Assembly (NCBI GenBank): GCA_038524795.1
Contig: JBCBIJ010000014.1
Coordinates: 5,441-69,440 of the forward strand
Direction: 5' to 3'
Source: Pseudomonadota bacterium
GTDB taxonomy: Bacteria; Pseudomonadota; Gammaproteobacteria; Steroidobacterales; Woeseiaceae
Length of the DNA stretch: 64,000 nt
A model generated the notes under the pieces. It worked only from the letters and a program-made list of their open reading frames with translations, made no database searches and was not told the origin of the DNA. Every line of letters starts with the position of its first letter. Within the stretch, counting starts at the first letter, position 1. This document shows, piece after piece, positions 60,130-64,000 of the stretch. Made by a program: the position numbers and the translations under genes.

Positions 60130-60695
60130 TGGCGCTTGTCACAAAGACGCGCGTGACGGCGGTATTCGCTGTGGGCTTTGCACTCGCAGCTTGTCGGCCT
60201 GAAACGCCAGCCCCGGTGCCCTTGCCCGAGACCAGCGGCGCGGCGCCTGATGTCACCGCGGGTATCGAGACGCTCGCCGCCGAACTCCTGGCCAGTGATT
60301 CTGCGATCAGCGGCGCCGCGGTGCTCACGGCTGACAATGGTGAGCTCATCCTCGCGGCAGCACTTGATGGCCTCGCGCCCGGCGCCTACGCCATCCACGT
60401 CCACCGCGGCACCAACTGCACGGGCACCGACGCAGACAGCGCGGGCGCACGCTTTTCACTGCCCGGAGACGCGGAGCGCCTGGCCGACAGCGGACAACCG
60501 CCGGCCGGCGCCTTTGGGGGGTTCGACGTTGGCAGCACGCGGCAGGCGAAGTTTTCCATCGAGAAGGGCTCGGATCTGGAGCCGGCGCGTTTTCTCGGCC
60601 TTGCTGTGGTGGTGCATGCCGGGGCCGATAGCGCGTCCGGGGAGCCGACCGGGCGGCTTGTGGCTTGTGGGGAGCTTCGGCCCATCGCGCGCTGA
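60129..60695 (+). CDS. Cu,Zn-superoxide-dismutase-like lipoprotein with degenerate metal site
   Basis: Lipobox LAAC, YAIHVHRGTNC and VVVHAGAD. The His/Asp ligands of the Zn site and the bridging His appear replaced (SAGARFSLPGD). Its ATG overlaps the rhomboid stop (TAATG). Confidence 0.65.
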   Translation: MALVTKTRVTAVFAVGFALAACRPETPAPVPLPETSGAAPDVTAGIETLAAELLASDSAISGAAVLTADNGELILAAALDGLAPGAYAIHVHRGTNCTGTDADSAGARFSLPGDAERLADSGQPPAGAFGGFDVGSTRQAKFSIEKGSDLEPARFLGLAVVVHAGADSASGEPTGRLVACGELRPIAR

Positions 60696-60719
60696 CTGGT
60701 TGCGCTCTGCTTCCGGGTT

Positions 60720-60798
60720 GCGGGCCGGGGGATGGCGCTTTGCTCCATGGCTCGCTTCGCTGCGCTTTACTTCCGTAAAACGCCATCCCCCGTCCCGC
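60720..60798 (+). repeat. hairpin repeat element, copy 1 (33-nt conserved core as loop)
   Basis: The stem pairs GCGGG-cc-GGGGGATGGCGCTTTG with TAAAACGCCATCCCCC-gt-CCCGC. The loop/core CTCCATGGCTCGCTTCGCTGCGCTTTACTTCCG is at 60743-60775. It lies 25 nt after the SOD-like gene stop. Confidence 0.7.
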
Positions 60799-60991
60799 AG
60801 CCCTCACGACCTAGGAGCATTTAGGGTGCTCTTGCTTTGCGGTCGGACGGTCACTCGACGACCAGTACTGGAATAAGCCAAATGCTAAGACTCACAACCT
60901 CAAAGTGTTGGAGCGAGCCACGCCTATCCCTGGGGTGATGTTGAGCTTGGGAGGAACCTTCCAGAGACATCATGATTCACGCGCTGTCCGA

Positions 60992-61080
60992 GGGTTTTGC
61001 TGGGCACGGTGGTGCTTTTCGGAAGTAAAGCGCAGCGAAGCGAGCCATGGAGAAAAGCACCACCGTGCCCAGCAAAGCCC
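60992..61080 (-). repeat. hairpin repeat element, copy 2 (same core, inverted)
   Basis: 28-bp stem GGGTTTTGCTGGGCACGGTGGTGCTTTT / AAAAGCACCACCGTGCCCAGCAAAGCCC with one G-T pair. The core at 61020-61052 is the exact reverse complement of 60743-60775. It lies 21 nt after the srkA stop. Confidence 0.7.
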
Positions 61081-61100
61081 GGCAAAAGCACGCAATTACC

Positions 61101-62084
61101 TCAGTCGCTAATCACAGGCTCGTCGAGAGCAGCAAACTGCTCCCGCAAAGAAAGAATGTGCTCGTTCCAATACCGCTCGGTCCCGAACCAGGGAAACGCC
61201 TGAATAAACGCCGGGTCGTCGCGCCGCCGATGCAGCCAGGCTGCGTAATGCATGATGCGTAAGGTGCGCAGCGACTCAACGAGCGCGAGTTCGCGGCGGT
61301 CGAAATTTCGAAAGGTCTCGTAGCCCTCGAGAAGAAACCCGAGTTGCCGGCTGCGTGCCTCTTCGTCACCGGACAGGAACATCCAGAGGTCTTGCACGGC
61401 CGGGCCGATGCAGCAGTCGTCGGTGTCAACGATGTGCAGCTGTTCGCCGTCCTCGAGAATATTGCCGGGGTGCAGGTCGCCGTGGATCGGGATCTCCGTG
61501 ACGCGGCCCACGGCCTCGAACTGGGCGTCGACGCGGTCGAGCAGGTCGTCGATGAGGCTTTCGTAGGCATCGACGAGTGTGGGCGGGACGGCATCGGCCT
61601 CTAGCAGGTAGTCGCAAGGCTCGTGACCCAGGCGTTCACTGTCGAGGATAGGCCGAGACGGCATCGGATGTATGGCGCCTATCTGGTGTATTCGTGCGAC
61701 GAGTCGCCCAAGTTGCCGTAGCGTGTCCGGTGCATCGAGATCGGGCCAGCGACCACCGCGACAAGGGTATAGCGCGAAACGAAAGCCGCCGTGCTCGTGC
61801 AGCGTTCCGTTGTCACCGAGCGGCGCAACGACGGGAATCTCGGCTGCCGCAAGCGCCTGCGCAAAGGCGTGCTCTTCGCGTAACTGTTCATCACTCCAAC
61901 GGCCATTGCGGTAGAACTTGGCCACAATCGGCGGCGCGTCAAAGATGTCGATGCGGTAGACGCGATTCTCGTAGCTGTTCAGTGGCAACAGCCCACCCGT
62001 CGCCTCGTGGCCGGCGCTTTCGACGGCGTCGAGGATGTCGTCGGGCAACAGTTGGTCGAACCCTGGGGCAGCACGATGGGTCAT
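61101..62084 (-). CDS. srkA: stress response serine/threonine kinase SrkA (YihE/RdoA family)
   Basis: LNSYENRVYRI, IVAKFYRNGRWS and IHGDLHPGNIL are collinear with E. coli YihE. 327 aa. Confidence 0.85.
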   Translation of the reverse strand: MTHRAAPGFDQLLPDDILDAVESAGHEATGGLLPLNSYENRVYRIDIFDAPPIVAKFYRNGRWSDEQLREEHAFAQALAAAEIPVVAPLGDNGTLHEHGGFRFALYPCRGGRWPDLDAPDTLRQLGRLVARIHQIGAIHPMPSRPILDSERLGHEPCDYLLEADAVPPTLVDAYESLIDDLLDRVDAQFEAVGRVTEIPIHGDLHPGNILEDGEQLHIVDTDDCCIGPAVQDLWMFLSGDEEARSRQLGFLLEGYETFRNFDRRELALVESLRTLRIMHYAAWLHRRRDDPAFIQAFPWFGTERYWNEHILSLREQFAALDEPVISD

Positions 62085-62182
62085 GCGCGCAAGCTTACGC
62101 GCAATGCCGGCTTGCGTGCGCCTTTGCCAATGCTATGCGACCATCTTTGGCCCAACAGACCACGCTGCTTGCCGGAGTTTTG

Positions 62183-63820
62183 ATGCACGCCTTGTCCCGC
62201 TTTTCTTTGGTCCTGCCGCTGCTTGCCGCGATAGCGCTTGGCGCGGTGTCGGCTTGTGCACAAACGCCCCAGGCCTCCGAACCCGCTGCTTCCGAGCGCG
62301 CATCTGCCGAAGACGAACGGCCTGAGTATTGGCGTGCACTGGGCCAACAGTCGCTAGCCGCAGCGCTGGCGCGGCCGCGCTACGAATCGGCGGCGCGCGG
62401 CATCATCCTGTTCGTGGGTGATGGCATGGGCGTCTCGACGATCACCGCCGCCCGCATTTATGCGGGACAGGTCGAAGGCGGCCGCGGCGAGGAAACTTCG
62501 CTGGGTTTTGAACAGTTCCCTTACACGTCGTTGATCAAGACCTACAACGTGAATCAGCAGACGCCGGATTCGGCCGGCACGATGAGCGCCATGATGACGG
62601 GCGTCAAAACGGACTCAGGTTTGTTGTCGGTGGGTCCGGCGACCGTTCGAATGGATTGTGAGAGCGGGCTCGCCAACACGGTACCGACTCTCATGGAGCA
62701 GCTTGAAGCGGCGGGTTGGTCCACGGGCGTGGTGTCAACGGCACGCCTCACGCACGCCACACCCGCCGCCGCGTACGGCCACGCACCCGAGCGCGGATGG
62801 GAGGACGACAGTGCACTGCCCAAGAGCGAGCGCGGCAAGGGTTGCAAGGACCTTGCGCTGCAGCTCGTTGAGATGTCGATCGGTGACGGGCTCGAAGTGG
62901 CGTTGGGTGGTGGTCGCCGGCACTTCTTGCCGCGGATGCGCGGCGGCCAGCCGTTTCCCGATCCCGAAAACCCGAGGCTCACCGGGCGTCGGCTGGACGG
63001 CCGCCATCTGGGCGAAGAGTGGGCGGCTCGGCCGCGCTCTGAGTGGATCTGGAATCAAGAGCAGTTCGACCAGATCGACATTGATGCGGTCGACCACCTG
63101 CTAGGCACGTTCAACCACTCGCACATGCAATACGAACTGGATCGCGAGAACGATCCAGGTGGCGAGCCTTCGCTTGCCGAAATGACAGCGCTCGCGATTC
63201 GTATGCTCAGTCGAAACCCAAACGGCTTCCTGCTCGTCGTTGAGAGTGGACGTATTGATCACGCGCACCACGCCACCAACGCCGTTCGCGCCTTTGCCGA
63301 TACCGTGGCGCTGGACGCGGCCGTGGCGGTAGCGGACGACATGACCGTCGACGATGAAACCCTGCTGCTGGTCACCGCCGACCACAGCCACGTGATGACC
63401 ATCGCGGGCTACGCGAGTCGCGGCAACCCGATTCTCGACATCGTGCGGGGCAACGACCGTCGCGGCGACGCCACGGGGCAGGCGGTGCTCGCCGAAGATG
63501 AGCAGCCATACACCACAATCGCCTACGGCAACGGACGAGGTGGGCGGTTATTGAAAAAGGCCGTCGATGAATACGGCAACGAGGCGATTTACGGCGAGTC
63601 GGTGAACAAACACCGTCGGCTCAATCTGGCCAAGATCAACACGACGCTGCCTGGTTACCACCAGGAGTCGTTCATCCCGTCAGGGGCGGAGACGCACGGC
63701 GGTGAGGATGTGGCCCTGTTCGCCAAGGGGCCCTGGGCGCATCTCGTCTCGCGCACCGAAGAGCAGAGCTACATCTATTACGTGATGCGCCACGCCAGTG
63801 GCATCGACGCCGCGGAGTAA
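62183..63820 (+). CDS. alkaline phosphatase (PhoA/eukaryote-like AP family), exported
   Basis: ATG at 62183 with a signal or lipoprotein leader (AVSAC). Has VGDGMG, the DSAGTMSAMMTG nucleophile motif, GRIDHAHH and TADHSH. The track ORF start at 61694 is rejected. Confidence 0.9.
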   Translation: MHALSRFSLVLPLLAAIALGAVSACAQTPQASEPAASERASAEDERPEYWRALGQQSLAAALARPRYESAARGIILFVGDGMGVSTITAARIYAGQVEGGRGEETSLGFEQFPYTSLIKTYNVNQQTPDSAGTMSAMMTGVKTDSGLLSVGPATVRMDCESGLANTVPTLMEQLEAAGWSTGVVSTARLTHATPAAAYGHAPERGWEDDSALPKSERGKGCKDLALQLVEMSIGDGLEVALGGGRRHFLPRMRGGQPFPDPENPRLTGRRLDGRHLGEEWAARPRSEWIWNQEQFDQIDIDAVDHLLGTFNHSHMQYELDRENDPGGEPSLAEMTALAIRMLSRNPNGFLLVVESGRIDHAHHATNAVRAFADTVALDAAVAVADDMTVDDETLLLVTADHSHVMTIAGYASRGNPILDIVRGNDRRGDATGQAVLAEDEQPYTTIAYGNGRGGRLLKKAVDEYGNEAIYGESVNKHRRLNLAKINTTLPGYHQESFIPSGAETHGGEDVALFAKGPWAHLVSRTEEQSYIYYVMRHASGIDAAE

Positions 63821-63830
63821 TCAACGCAGC

Positions 63831-64000
63831 TCAGTGGTCGCGCGTCGCAAGCACTATCGCCCGCAGTGGGCCGGGGTGCCCCTCGATGGTTCGGTTCGAA
63901 TCGACCGGGTCGAGTGCGTCGGACAGCGACTCAAACCGCATCCAGTCGGTCGCGCGCTGCTCGTCGACGGTGGTTGCTGTCACATCCACCACCTGGATGC
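63831..64000 (-). CDS. hypothetical protein, C-terminal fragment (gene continues beyond the window)
   Basis: My hand translation of the minus strand gives ...[45 protein letters not shown]-stop (TGA at 63831-63833). GC3 bias is strong. No family recognised. Confidence 0.4.
   Translation of the reverse strand, partial: IQVVDVTATTVDEQRATDWMRFESLSDALDPVDSNRTIEGHPGPLRAIVLATRDH

Noticed and set aside
60346-61203. ORFs 60346-60807 (minus) and 60997-61203 (plus) both contain the peptide FGSKAQRSEPW, which suggested a duplicated small gene.
   Set aside because: The shared peptide is just the translation of the 33-nt repeat core, read on opposite strands. The rest of both ORFs is Arg/Pro-rich with no coding signature.

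Overview
GC-rich, tightly packed chromosomal segment from a Gram-negative bacterium. The gene content (MsrPQ, Blc lipocalin, SrkA/YihE kinase, NodT-type RND pump, TonB-domain proteins) suggests a proteobacterium, possibly a marine gammaproteobacterium; this taxon call is inference only. I call 47 complete protein genes, one partial gene at the 3' edge, one gene remnant, one riboswitch-type leader, three intrinsic terminators and several palindromic or repeat elements. I saw no rRNA, tRNA, CRISPR array, transposase, integrase or phage genes. Frames were chosen by GC3 bias, recognisable motifs and start-site context; the many long antisense ORFs in the track are high-GC artefacts. Most genes are housekeeping, envelope or stress functions: msrPQ, msrA, a type-2 ileS, MFS and DMT transporters, MscS, a TetR-controlled RND pump, a sirtuin, a two-component system, a BASS symporter, a rhomboid protease, a SOD-like lipoprotein, srkA and an alkaline phosphatase. 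Most notable observations: (1) A complete, canonical-looking T-box leader with competing antiterminator and terminator sits in front of a Thermus/actinobacterial-type ileS (7116-7399). (2) An ~11.7 kb bidirectional locus (39515-51179) encodes eight exclusively exported proteins of unknown function. Four carry CxxCH motifs, and the others include a Tat-signal DUF1501-like protein, LamG and beta-propeller modules, two beta-barrels, DUF4266 and DUF3570. The two operons flank a ~900 bp control region, and this locus is my best candidate for an undescribed envelope system. (3) A 1837-aa tandem-duplicated UvrA-like ATPase appears co-transcribed with an atypical Cys-rich MerR regulator. (4) A perfectly conserved 33-nt core occurs twice in inverted orientation, each time as the loop of a long stem of mostly unrelated sequence, between convergent genes (60720-61080). 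(5) An internally deleted folE remnant lies at 12394-12702. (6) A sensor kinase, a dual-receiver regulator and a TonB-C-domain protein form one operon, and two further paralogous TPR/TonB-C-like proteins lie at 13-18 kb.
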